Assembly: GCA_025839675.1 (NCBI GenBank)
Contig: CP104013.1
Coordinates: forward strand, 690,001-722,000
Origin: Candidatus Lokiarchaeum ossiferum
Lineage (GTDB): Archaea > Asgardarchaeota > Lokiarchaeia > Sigyniarchaeales > Promethearchaeaceae
Direction of reading: 5' to 3'
DNA length: 32,000 nt
In this document: piece by piece, positions 16,182 through 25,400 of the stretch
Numbering within the stretch: position 1 is the first letter of the stretch
How the letters are laid out: the number at the start of each line of letters is the position of its first letter
The notes under the pieces: model-generated
Databases searched by the model: none
Told to the model about the DNA's origin: nothing
The model's input: the letters and a program-made list of their open reading frames with translations, nothing else
Made by a program: the position numbers and the translations under genes

Positions 16182-17378
16182 ATGGATGAGGATATCTTCG
16201 ATAACATACTAAGAACAGAATCTGTGTTCAAGAATCAAAAATCATTGAACCAAGCATGGGTTCCTGAAAAAGATCAGAAACTTCTTTGTCGAGATGATGA
16301 AATTAAAAGGCTTTTGGCAATTCATCGTCCTATAATTGATGCAAAAGGAGAATTTTCTGTAAATACTCTGATTTTGGGTAAAGGGGGCATCGGAAAAACC
16401 TTAACAGCTCGATACTTTGGAAGGAATTTTCGTCGAGTTGCTTTAAAACATGAAGTAAAAATTACGGTAGAATATTACGACTGTCTCCAACATCGAACGA
16501 AAAGTTCCATTCTCCGAAATATTTCAGAGAGGTTACATTATAGCGCAGGACATGGTTATTCGGATAACGAAATAATGCAACAAATTCTAAAGGAATTAAA
16601 AAAACGCAATGAATCGCTACTTATCATTTTAGATGAAGCCCATAACCTTTCTTCCGAAGATATTCTTGCTTTATTGAATGCATCCATAGGATTTGGTGAA
16701 AGTAATTCACGATTTTGTATAATATGCGTATCCCGGCCAACAGATTGGTATAAAGTTGATAATGAAAAAATTTCAAGTCGAATGCAAGATAAAATTTCAA
16801 TGGAACCCTATGCAAAAGAAGAAGCCCAAAAGGTTTTAAAATATCGGAAAAATTTGGCCTTTCGCGAGGGCATTATAGAAGATTTTGTTTTAGAATTAAT
16901 TGCTGATATTGTAGTCGAAAATAAGAACATGCGCACAGGCATAGATATAATGAGGGCTTGTGGGATTCGTGCAGACGAAAAAAGATTATCCCAAATTGAT
17001 TCGGATATGATATTGGAATCTCGAAATGATATAAATCCTACTTTCCGAGGGGATATTGTTGATCAATTGAAAATGCATGAAAAATTAACACTATGGGCAA
17101 TTGCTCGCACTTTACAAATGTCTCAAAATCCATTTACCAAAGTTGAGGCCGCATATGAAAACTATCAGGTTTTATGTGAAGAATTAGAGACTAAAGCTCA
17201 TGTTCCCATGAGTTTTCGAAAATATATTCGAAATTTAGCAGATGTGAAAGCGATCTACAAAGATTATCTAAATCCAACTAAAGACAAGAAAGGAAGACAA
17301 TTGCAGATTAAATTAACCGATATTAGTGCTGAAAAATTGATCGAATACTTTGAAAAATCAGTCCCTCGCCCTGATTAG
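16182..17378 (+). CDS. cdc6: Orc1/Cdc6 family AAA+ replication initiator (divergent)
   Basis: Track start 16155 is TTG; ATG 16182 is preceded by GTGAT (Shine-Dalgarno) and a TATA-like ATTTATAA at ~16142. Motifs: VPE...LLCRDDEI (N-terminal Orc1 pattern), Walker A LILGKGGIGKTLT, Walker B LLIILDEAH, a sensor-2-like MRTGIDIMRACG and a C-terminal winged-helix pattern LKMHEKLTLWAIAR. Confidence 0.85.
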   Translation: MDEDIFDNILRTESVFKNQKSLNQAWVPEKDQKLLCRDDEIKRLLAIHRPIIDAKGEFSVNTLILGKGGIGKTLTARYFGRNFRRVALKHEVKITVEYYDCLQHRTKSSILRNISERLHYSAGHGYSDNEIMQQILKELKKRNESLLIILDEAHNLSSEDILALLNASIGFGESNSRFCIICVSRPTDWYKVDNEKISSRMQDKISMEPYAKEEAQKVLKYRKNLAFREGIIEDFVLELIADIVVENKNMRTGIDIMRACGIRADEKRLSQIDSDMILESRNDINPTFRGDIVDQLKMHEKLTLWAIARTLQMSQNPFTKVEAAYENYQVLCEELETKAHVPMSFRKYIRNLADVKAIYKDYLNPTKDKKGRQLQIKLTDISAEKLIEYFEKSVPRPD

Positions 17379-17379
17379 T

Positions 17380-18387
17380 TTATTGAATTTTTTCTCCTGT
17401 GATTTCATTTGTATCTGGATCCATAAAGAATTCGAAATCGAAATGTACATGCTGGATCTGGACTAATTCTTCTAACATTTTTATTACAACTTTCATATCC
17501 TTTGGTCGATCTGCGGGCTCATATTGAGACATCTTCTTAACAACTTCATTATATTCAGTCGGAATATACCAATTTATGCTTTTTGGACTTAAAACATAAT
17601 CATCGTTATTTAAAATCTCAGAATCTTCTCGCATTATCCCGCCGGTGAAAACAAAATACATTAAGTGGGATAAATAATAAATATCTGAGGCGGCAGTAGG
17701 CATATATCCAAATTTAATTTCTGGAGGTGCTCCTTTTTGAGTAATGGGAATATCCATAGGCATTTTATCAGTCATGTATGGTTTGGGAGTATGAAAAATC
17801 CATTCTTCTCCAACATATTTTGATATTCCCCAATCGATTAAAACGGGCCAAAAATCATGAAGGTCATCTTCATCTTCTTCTTTAATGATGATTATGTTAT
17901 TCAGAGAAAAATCGCGGTGGACAATAAATTCATGGGAATGACAATAATCTAAATGTTTAGCTAAGGGAATGAAAATATTTCTAACAATACTGGACAAATC
18001 AAGATTTTCCAACCCTCGAGATGACTGAATAAATTCGCGATAAAAATCCAAAAATGTAATCCCTTTGATCAAAGAGAGTACCACATAATATTCTGGAGTT
18101 TGCAAATCTTCTTTCTTTTCATAGTGCAAGACTTTAACACAATGATTTCCGCAATTGGCTTGAGCAATAGTATTTAAGACTTCATTATCAAAGAACTCAG
18201 CACAATCATTTTTTTTTGTATATGGATCATAATATTGCTGATAAACAAATTCTTTTATTGCCACTTCTTCACCTGTTTCGGCATATTCGGCGAGAAATAC
18301 GGTGGAGAGTCCTCCCTTTCCTAAAATTTTTTTTACATTGAATGTGAATCCATCAATTTCTATAGATTTCCCAATCGTAATCGGCAT
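17380..18387 (-). CDS. Eukaryote-like Ser/Thr protein kinase (ePK fold) with atypical catalytic-loop and DFG residues
   Basis: 335 aa. Gly-loop GKGGLSTV, VAIK lysine (EVAIKEF), catalytic loop HRDFSLNN (17896..17919), DWG in place of DFG (17827..17835), APPE in place of APE, and a subdomain XI Arg (EPADRP). GGAGA Shine-Dalgarno upstream. Lies 22 nt downstream of the preceding gene. Confidence 0.85.
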   Translation of the reverse strand: MPITIGKSIEIDGFTFNVKKILGKGGLSTVFLAEYAETGEEVAIKEFVYQQYYDPYTKKNDCAEFFDNEVLNTIAQANCGNHCVKVLHYEKKEDLQTPEYYVVLSLIKGITFLDFYREFIQSSRGLENLDLSSIVRNIFIPLAKHLDYCHSHEFIVHRDFSLNNIIIIKEEDEDDLHDFWPVLIDWGISKYVGEEWIFHTPKPYMTDKMPMDIPITQKGAPPEIKFGYMPTAASDIYYLSHLMYFVFTGGIMREDSEILNNDDYVLSPKSINWYIPTEYNEVVKKMSQYEPADRPKDMKVVIKMLEELVQIQHVHFDFEFFMDPDTNEITGEKIQ

Positions 18388-18409
18388 TTAAATTCTCCAT
18401 TTAGTTTAC

Positions 18410-19402
18410 TCAGACAGAGTAATCCCACTCAGTGCGGCAAGCTTTGCAATAGTATTTTTTTGCATATTTTTTTACAGGAAAATAGGCGATAACTTTCTTT
18501 TTATTTTCTTGTTCAGCAAATTCTTGTTTGTCACATTTCGGACATTTAATTGCGCCATCAGATGGATATTCAATAGTTTGAATTCCATGAGTAGGGGCTT
18601 GAGATGAAGATATGGTAGATTTTGGAGATTTTGAATTTTCTGGTTTTGAATCTGAAGTTGAAATGGATTTTTCTTTTGTATCAGAGCGTGATTTCAAAAT
18701 ATCCGATGGTTTTCTGGAGACAACATCTTTAGGTGGTGATTGACGAGAAGAAATTTTTTCTTGAGACTGAGCTAATCCCGGGGAGATATAAGAAGATTTC
18801 GTAGTGGATGTGTTCGATCTAGTATCTTTATCTGGTAGTGTTTGCATGGAAATCGATTGTGAAGAAGATAATTGTTCAATTATCTGATCAATTTTAGTTT
18901 CGATGGAATGATTCTGTTTGCCCAAAGAAAACATACCATTTTTCAGTTGACCCATCAATTTTTCGGGGGATAAGGGGGCCGCTTTTTCTTTTTCAATTAA
19001 GTCATTTAGTTGTTTTTGAAGATCACTATTTTTTTGTTTTTCTTCAGCTAAGGTTAGTTTCATTCCTTCGATATCTGTTGCATAGCTTTTTGAAGATTCC
19101 TGCAGATTGGAAGCATTTTGTTGAGAATTCTCAAGTTCCTTTTGAAGCGTGATAATTTTTTGAGACAATTCTTCAATTTTTTGATCTTTTTCGATATTTT
19201 GTGAGGTAAGAATATCAATGGTTGTATTTGCTTCCATTTTCCCCGTTTGATCAGATGAAACAGAGGCGTTCTTTAGTTCATCAAGCTCTACTTGTAATGC
19301 ATTTATTTCCTTTTTTTGCTTTAATACTTGTCCCCTCAATGCATCCTTCATTTTAGCGAGTTTTGCAATTTCATCTTCTTTGATTTTAATTAATTCTTCC
19401 AT
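18410..19402 (-). CDS. Coiled-coil protein with Ser/Thr/Pro-rich linker and C-terminal zinc ribbon
   Basis: 330 aa. Residues ~1-180 are heptad-like and Glu/Lys/Leu/Gln-rich (KEINALQVELDELK, IITLQKELENSQQN, LQKQLNDLIEKEK). Residues ~180-270 are low-complexity Ser-rich with SP/SPPK/SPKS motifs. The C-terminus is CPKCDKQEF-x24-CKACRTEWDY. GAGGA Shine-Dalgarno upstream. Confidence 0.75.
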   Translation of the reverse strand: MEELIKIKEDEIAKLAKMKDALRGQVLKQKKEINALQVELDELKNASVSSDQTGKMEANTTIDILTSQNIEKDQKIEELSQKIITLQKELENSQQNASNLQESSKSYATDIEGMKLTLAEEKQKNSDLQKQLNDLIEKEKAAPLSPEKLMGQLKNGMFSLGKQNHSIETKIDQIIEQLSSSQSISMQTLPDKDTRSNTSTTKSSYISPGLAQSQEKISSRQSPPKDVVSRKPSDILKSRSDTKEKSISTSDSKPENSKSPKSTISSSQAPTHGIQTIEYPSDGAIKCPKCDKQEFAEQENKKKVIAYFPVKKYAKKYYCKACRTEWDYSV

Positions 19403-19674
19403 AATTTCTTCCTCAAACTCTTTAATCTTGAATAAAAATCGGTGTGAAAAAATAAATAGTTTTCCTAATCCTTTAATTATTTTGATTTAAATAAATATTG
19501 AAAATATTGTATAATTGCCACTCTTCATAAATTTCTTTCAAATTTCTTACCTCCGACAATTTTTGTTTATATCCTTAAGGATTTACAATCTATTGAATTT
19601 AATAGTCAAAATTAGATGGGTAAATCATCCCATTAAAAGAGATCTAGATAAGAAAGATTAAAAAGCGTCGAAAA

Positions 19675-21021
19675 ATGCTTATTTCACAAAAAGTAATTTG
19701 TGATTCCATGACTAAACCCATAATGTCTGACCATTTTATAGACCGAAAGCCTTCAGATATCAGAGCCGCGCAGATTGAGTTTGCAAAAAGGACTGATAAC
19801 GTGAAAGCCATTAATGTTGCCATCGGAAATGTAAGTTTACCTATGCATCCTGCATTATTCAAAAGAATGTCGAATTTAGCAGATGATTCTAGCCCATTTA
19901 ATAAAGGAGTATTAAAATATACTGCTACGGTAGGGATGAAAGAAACAAATCAAGCAATTTTGAATATAATTGCAGCAAGTAATTTCAAAGTTGACAACTT
20001 GTATTCTCAAATTACAGATGGTGGGAGCCACGCTATGGAACTTGTAATAATTGGAACATGTGGTGCAGCCGGAACTTCGGAAAAGCCATTGATGTTAATT
20101 GATGCAGCCTATACAAACTACTTATCCATGGCAAAACGAACTGGAAGAGCTACAGTTTCCATCTCAAGAAAATTACAAGAAAATGGGAAATTTGCACTCC
20201 CCGACATTTCGGAAATCGAAAAAATGATTGAAACAGAAAAACCTGGTGCATTGGTAGTAATCCCTTATGATAATCCTACTGGACACTTCTATGATCACCA
20301 AACTATGATAGAACTTGGTAAATTATGTGTGAAATACAATCTTTGGATGATTAGCGATGAAGCATATCGGGAATTATATTACGTTGATACTCAAACTTCA
20401 AGTATTTGGGGTTTAACAAATGATAACGTTCCAGGAATAGAAGGAAGAAGAATCAGCATAGAAACTGCGAGTAAGGTTTGGAATGCATGCGGATTGCGCA
20501 TTGGAGCATTAGTTACGGATAATTATGAATTCCATGAAAAATGTGTTTTTGAGCAAACAGCCAATCTTTGCGCCCCAGCTATTGCTCAATATATAATGGG
20601 AGGTTTAGCTCATGAAACAAAGGAAGATTTACAAGCTTGGTTTTTAAAACAGCGAACATATTACAAGGAAATTGGACAAGCTTTAATAGAAGAATTTCAT
20701 GAATGGGTTCCAAGTGGAATTATTTCCAGCCCAGATGCATCACTTTATTCTGTAATTGATGTTCGAAATATTGCAAAACCAGGATTTGATTCATCCGATT
20801 TTGTGAAATATTGTACTAAAACAGGAAAAGTTGAGATTGACGGTACAGAATATACATTATTAGTTGCCCCAATGTCAGGATTTTATAAGGTAAAAGAAGG
20901 ACAACCAAATCCAGGGAAAACACAAATGCGCGTAGCCTACGTAGAGACATTAGAAAAAATGCGCTTAATCCCAGAACTATTTGCAAATTTGTTTAATCAA
21001 TTTGAATCACAACGTACTTAG
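19675..21021 (+). CDS. Pyridoxal-phosphate-dependent aminotransferase, class I/II
   Basis: 448 aa. Carries the NPTG motif (PYDNPTGHFY), D-x-x-Y (SDEAYRELYY) and the PLP-lysine signature SKVWNACGLRIGAL (S-K-x5-G-x-R-x-G). The alternative start ATG 19708 (MTKPIMSD) is preceded by GTGAT. Confidence 0.85.
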   Translation: MLISQKVICDSMTKPIMSDHFIDRKPSDIRAAQIEFAKRTDNVKAINVAIGNVSLPMHPALFKRMSNLADDSSPFNKGVLKYTATVGMKETNQAILNIIAASNFKVDNLYSQITDGGSHAMELVIIGTCGAAGTSEKPLMLIDAAYTNYLSMAKRTGRATVSISRKLQENGKFALPDISEIEKMIETEKPGALVVIPYDNPTGHFYDHQTMIELGKLCVKYNLWMISDEAYRELYYVDTQTSSIWGLTNDNVPGIEGRRISIETASKVWNACGLRIGALVTDNYEFHEKCVFEQTANLCAPAIAQYIMGGLAHETKEDLQAWFLKQRTYYKEIGQALIEEFHEWVPSGIISSPDASLYSVIDVRNIAKPGFDSSDFVKYCTKTGKVEIDGTEYTLLVAPMSGFYKVKEGQPNPGKTQMRVAYVETLEKMRLIPELFANLFNQFESQRT

Positions 21022-21161
21022 GTTTCGTTTTTTCTTATTTCCTTTTTTTCCTAGAATATTAAGGAATTCTTTTTGGAATTTTTCCAATATATGGTCTATT
21101 TACTATTGCACTTTTTCTAATTATTTGAGCAATTTCAATAAAATTATGGATACATTCATAT

Positions 21162-22088
21162 ATGAACCAACCAAAAATCGCACTTATGGGTTTAGATAAT
21201 GCAGGGAAGACATCAATAGTAAGGGTGTTAAGTAGAGAATTTGAAAATATAAGCAATTTATCGCCCACTACTGGTATTGAACGTCATTATTTAGAGTTGT
21301 TGGATACGAAAATAATGATCTGGGATTACGGAGGTCAAAAATATTATCGCGAACAATTTCTAAAATCCTCTAAGATTAACCTTTCACAAACAGATGTATT
21401 ATTGTACGTGATTGATATTTTAGATAGTGAAAGATATGAAGAGTCATTAGATTATTTAAAGCACATTTTTCAAAGACTTTTTGAGAACAACCACCAGTTT
21501 CATTTTGGAATTTTATTTCATAAATTTGATAACATTGAAGATACAACTTTTCGTGACTACATGAAGAATTTGCTCCACGAAATAGTTAAAATGTTAGGAA
21601 AGTCTCCAATTCCAATCGAATTTCGGAAAACTACCATTAATAATCCTCTATCTATTATCGATTCCATATCAAAAATGATTTTTAAATTTGAAGGATTTAC
21701 AAACCCAATATCAAATTCATTAACGATTTTTGCAAATAAATGGAATTTGAGCAGCATTCATTTATATGCAAGTAAAAAAATTGAATTGGGATCTTATTCA
21801 GTAAAGAAACCCCCTACTTCAGAAGTAAAAAAGGAATTACTTGCGTTTATAAAAAAGTATGATACAATTTTAGATGTCGTTTTTAAGTTAGAAAAAGAAA
21901 TTAGACAAGAAACTTACCATTTCACCAAATTCTATTTGAATACAGGCAATATCCCTAATCCTATTTATTTAGTTTGGTGTTCAAAAGTTTCTATGTCAAA
22001 GAAATTCGAAAATGGATTATTTAGCCTTAAAGAATCGATTAAGACACTTTTATCAAATATTAACATAAATCAACCGATGTTAAATTAA
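21162..22088 (+). CDS. Small GTPase of the Arf/Sar/Rag superfamily fused to a ~140-aa C-terminal alpha/beta (roadblock-like) domain
   Basis: 308 aa. G1 is GLDNAGKT (21189..21212, identical to the Sar1/Arf P-loop). There is a switch-I Thr in SPTTGIE. G3 is WDYGGQ (21321..21338) and G4 is HKFD (21519..21530; His replacing the Asn of NKxD, as in Rag/Gtr). The length and the C-terminal half with alternating strand/helix propensity resemble Rag/Gtr architecture. Confidence 0.8.
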   Translation: MNQPKIALMGLDNAGKTSIVRVLSREFENISNLSPTTGIERHYLELLDTKIMIWDYGGQKYYREQFLKSSKINLSQTDVLLYVIDILDSERYEESLDYLKHIFQRLFENNHQFHFGILFHKFDNIEDTTFRDYMKNLLHEIVKMLGKSPIPIEFRKTTINNPLSIIDSISKMIFKFEGFTNPISNSLTIFANKWNLSSIHLYASKKIELGSYSVKKPPTSEVKKELLAFIKKYDTILDVVFKLEKEIRQETYHFTKFYLNTGNIPNPIYLVWCSKVSMSKKFENGLFSLKESIKTLLSNININQPMLN

Positions 22089-22447
22089 CAAATTTTATAA
22101 TTTTTTTACTTGTAGCATTATTATTTAAAAAAATGACTCTATTTTGAGATATGAAAATTTGAATAGCATTACAAGTAGTATGATCCCTTGATATGATAAA
22201 TTAATGAAAACACTAAAAACAGCAGAATTTTTTCTTAGATCATCTTAAAGAAAGAAATTTTAAGCTGAAACCAAGTTGCTTATCGAAATATATCTCAGAA
22301 AAAATAGCTATAGTGTCCCTTTTTAAATCATTCATTTTTTATTCTTTTTGCTCTATATAAACAAAATCGATTTTTTATACAAAGGTATTTAGAATCAAAA
22401 ACACTACGTTTTTCATTATTCAAACAAAAAAAAAAAAAGTGATATAA

Positions 22448-25400
22448 ATGAAGTTTAAAAAAATTTCTTCCCTTGCAATGCTTTCTTTAATATTTATACT
22501 TCCTGCATTAAATTCAATTACCCAGATCTCACCTCGCACAGAATTTTTTGAACCAGTCAGTATTTTACCAGATGAGAGATCAATTAATAATCCTTTATTA
22601 AAATCAGCAGCATCCGCATATCCGTGGTGGAATGACACCTACGAATACCGTATCCCGGTTGTGTTAAACCCTAATGGTGTATCACATGATAATGCACCGA
22701 TAGAATTTCGTATAGATTTCGCTTCAATTTTAGACGTTTCAGGTAATCCCATCTCAGACGAACATGTTAATACAACAAATATCCAAGTTATAGAGCAGAC
22801 GACATCAGGAGGTTTCACACAATATGTTAATCAATATGATCCACTACCACTTTCAAATGGTGACGAAGGAGAAATCGCCTGGATTATCGATCAAACAGGA
22901 TTTAGCACCAATAAAACATTCTTTATTTATTTTTGTTTAGGAGATACTGATAAATATGGTGATCCAGTTTATGATTCGCCCTATTCCCGCAGTTTATCGG
23001 ATGACCCTATTCGATTGTTCCATAATGGATTTGAAGAAGGAACTGTGGCGCCATTAGATCCATTTATGACATATAGTACGGATTATGGAGCAAGTACAGT
23101 AATTTTAAATGATTATACAACAGGAATTCAAGGAGAAGGTGCTTTAGAGATACAAGGTGATATATGGGCAATGCAAGCATTACCTGCATCAATAGATACG
23201 ACAGATCCAACATATTCAAATCTTTTTTTAACCTATCAAGTTCAAGCTTATGGTTTAATCAATAAATTTGATTATATGGCCATGGGAGTAGCCGCTTCAG
23301 AAAATGATTTTTATTGGCGTGGATATCAACATTGGGGAGAAGATTCCCATGTAAATTTGTATTCTGACTCCATTTCAAGTGCTAATGTTTGGAATTATTT
23401 TGCTATGGATTTACAAACGACTGTTGATTATCCGGATGGATTGGTAAATTATGTTTTATTTATACTGGAAGATAGTGACATAAAGAGAAACGATGATAAT
23501 CGATTTTATTTTGATGATATTTCAATCTGGAATCAAGAAGTTGGACAACATCAGACAACTGATGTAGAAGTAGATATTCAAGCACTTGAGATACCATTTG
23601 CGAGTATTAACCTTCTTGTTTTAGATTCTGATGGGAATGCGCTTCCAAATGCCAATGTTGAAATGAAAAAAAGCGGTGAAGAAATTTATTATTATGGAAC
23701 TACTGATGAAAACGGTCAAATTTCATTTACTGATATAGATTCAAGTCAAGATTATGATTTTACTCTAAATTATTCCACCCAAGGCATTGAAGCTGCTGAA
23801 ATTTTTAATATTGCATCGGAATCTTTCAATAGTGATTTACAAGATATTACTATCTTTGCCGATATATGGACGATGAATTACAGTGTCACGGATTATGATG
23901 GTGATATTTTCAATGACGGCTATGTTGTGCTCTACAATAATACTGCAGCTCAAGAACCAGTCGGTAATGTCACTTTAGATGGTAGTGGCAATTCAATAAT
24001 TCGATACTCCAATAAAACGGACAGCTATAACTATAGCGTCTTTTATGATACGAATTTGTTCGACCAAGGAACCTATGCAACAAATCAACTTGAAATTGCC
24101 TCAGATCTCATCAGTTCAACCCAAAATGAATTAGTCAGCGCAAATATATCTACATTGACATTCAATGTATCTGGCTACACTTCAACAGATACAAGTTCCT
24201 TGGGATATGCGTCTTTAGAAATTACAAATGGTACTTATGGGGATTCAATTGCAAATATCACAACCGATTCTGCAGGATTTGTTGATTTTTTGTATTTTCG
24301 ATCAAATAACTCAGTATTAAACAATTATACTATGCATCTTAAATTTTTAGGTGGAAATCAATCAATAAACGCAACAGATACACCTCAACGGTCGCCTAAA
24401 CTTGGTGGTGAATGGCAAGATTACCTCAATTTTAGTCTTGATACAAAAATGACAAAAGATATTTTAGTTGATTTTCTCGATGATGTTGAATATTCAACGA
24501 ACATCACAGCCGTATCATTTTCTTCAGGAGCCAATTTCAACCCAGATTGGGGAGAACTCTTAGAATTCCAGGTTAATTATACATCATACGATGGAGATTC
24601 TGTAATTTTAACAGATCCCGATACAATAGAATATGAAATGTATGATACAGCCTTGAATTTAGTGAAGAGTGGAACTTTAGTGAAGCATTTAGAAGGTATT
24701 TATAATTTAACTTTAGATTCATCCGAATTTATTGCAGGTTTCACATACAGGTTAGATTTTATTGCCTATAAGTCGGGTTATCCATCTCCAACAAATACTC
24801 CAAATGCCATTATTAAAATTGAAAAGTTAGGAACTACATTTGAAATATATGACGCATCAACAGGTTTAGCGATAGATGGACAAACAATAAATAAAACATG
24901 GGGGGAGATCTTTGATGTGGAAGTAGTTTATAAATTACAAAGTCCTGAAGAAGAATTATCAGGAGCAACTGCAATATTGGATTGGGATTATGATGTGGAA
25001 GCATCCATGGTTGAGCAAAACTATGCGGGATTTACCAATTATACATATTCCGTAAATACATCTAAATCTCCAACGACAGGTCTATTTGATTTCGATTTAA
25101 CTGCAGATTTATTGAACCATACTTCTTTAGCTTCTTGGTTTAGATTAGAAATCCTTGAAATTCCCACTGCAATAAATCGGGATGCCTATACAGATCCGAT
25201 TACCCTATATTGGGAAGAAAATTTCACGATGTCCTTGAATTATACCGATACTTTCAATAACGTGGGTATTGAGGAAGCTTATCTTTACTACAATATTGTT
25301 GGTGACCCAGATTTCAATGAATATCCAATACCGGAAACAGGAACATCAGGAATCTACGAGATAACTTTGAATTCCACATCTTTTGGAGAAGCTGGAACTT

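Noticed and set aside
2784-21757. Other short overlapping track ORFs (2784..2975+, 5374..5577+, 12513..12707+, 13063..13272-, 14721..14945+, 16624..16815-, 19644..19862-, 20981..21199+, 21059..21268-, 21557..21757-)
   Set aside because: Each overlaps, or is antisense to, a longer ORF with clear family motifs, or spans an intergenic promoter region. None has motifs or translation-initiation context.
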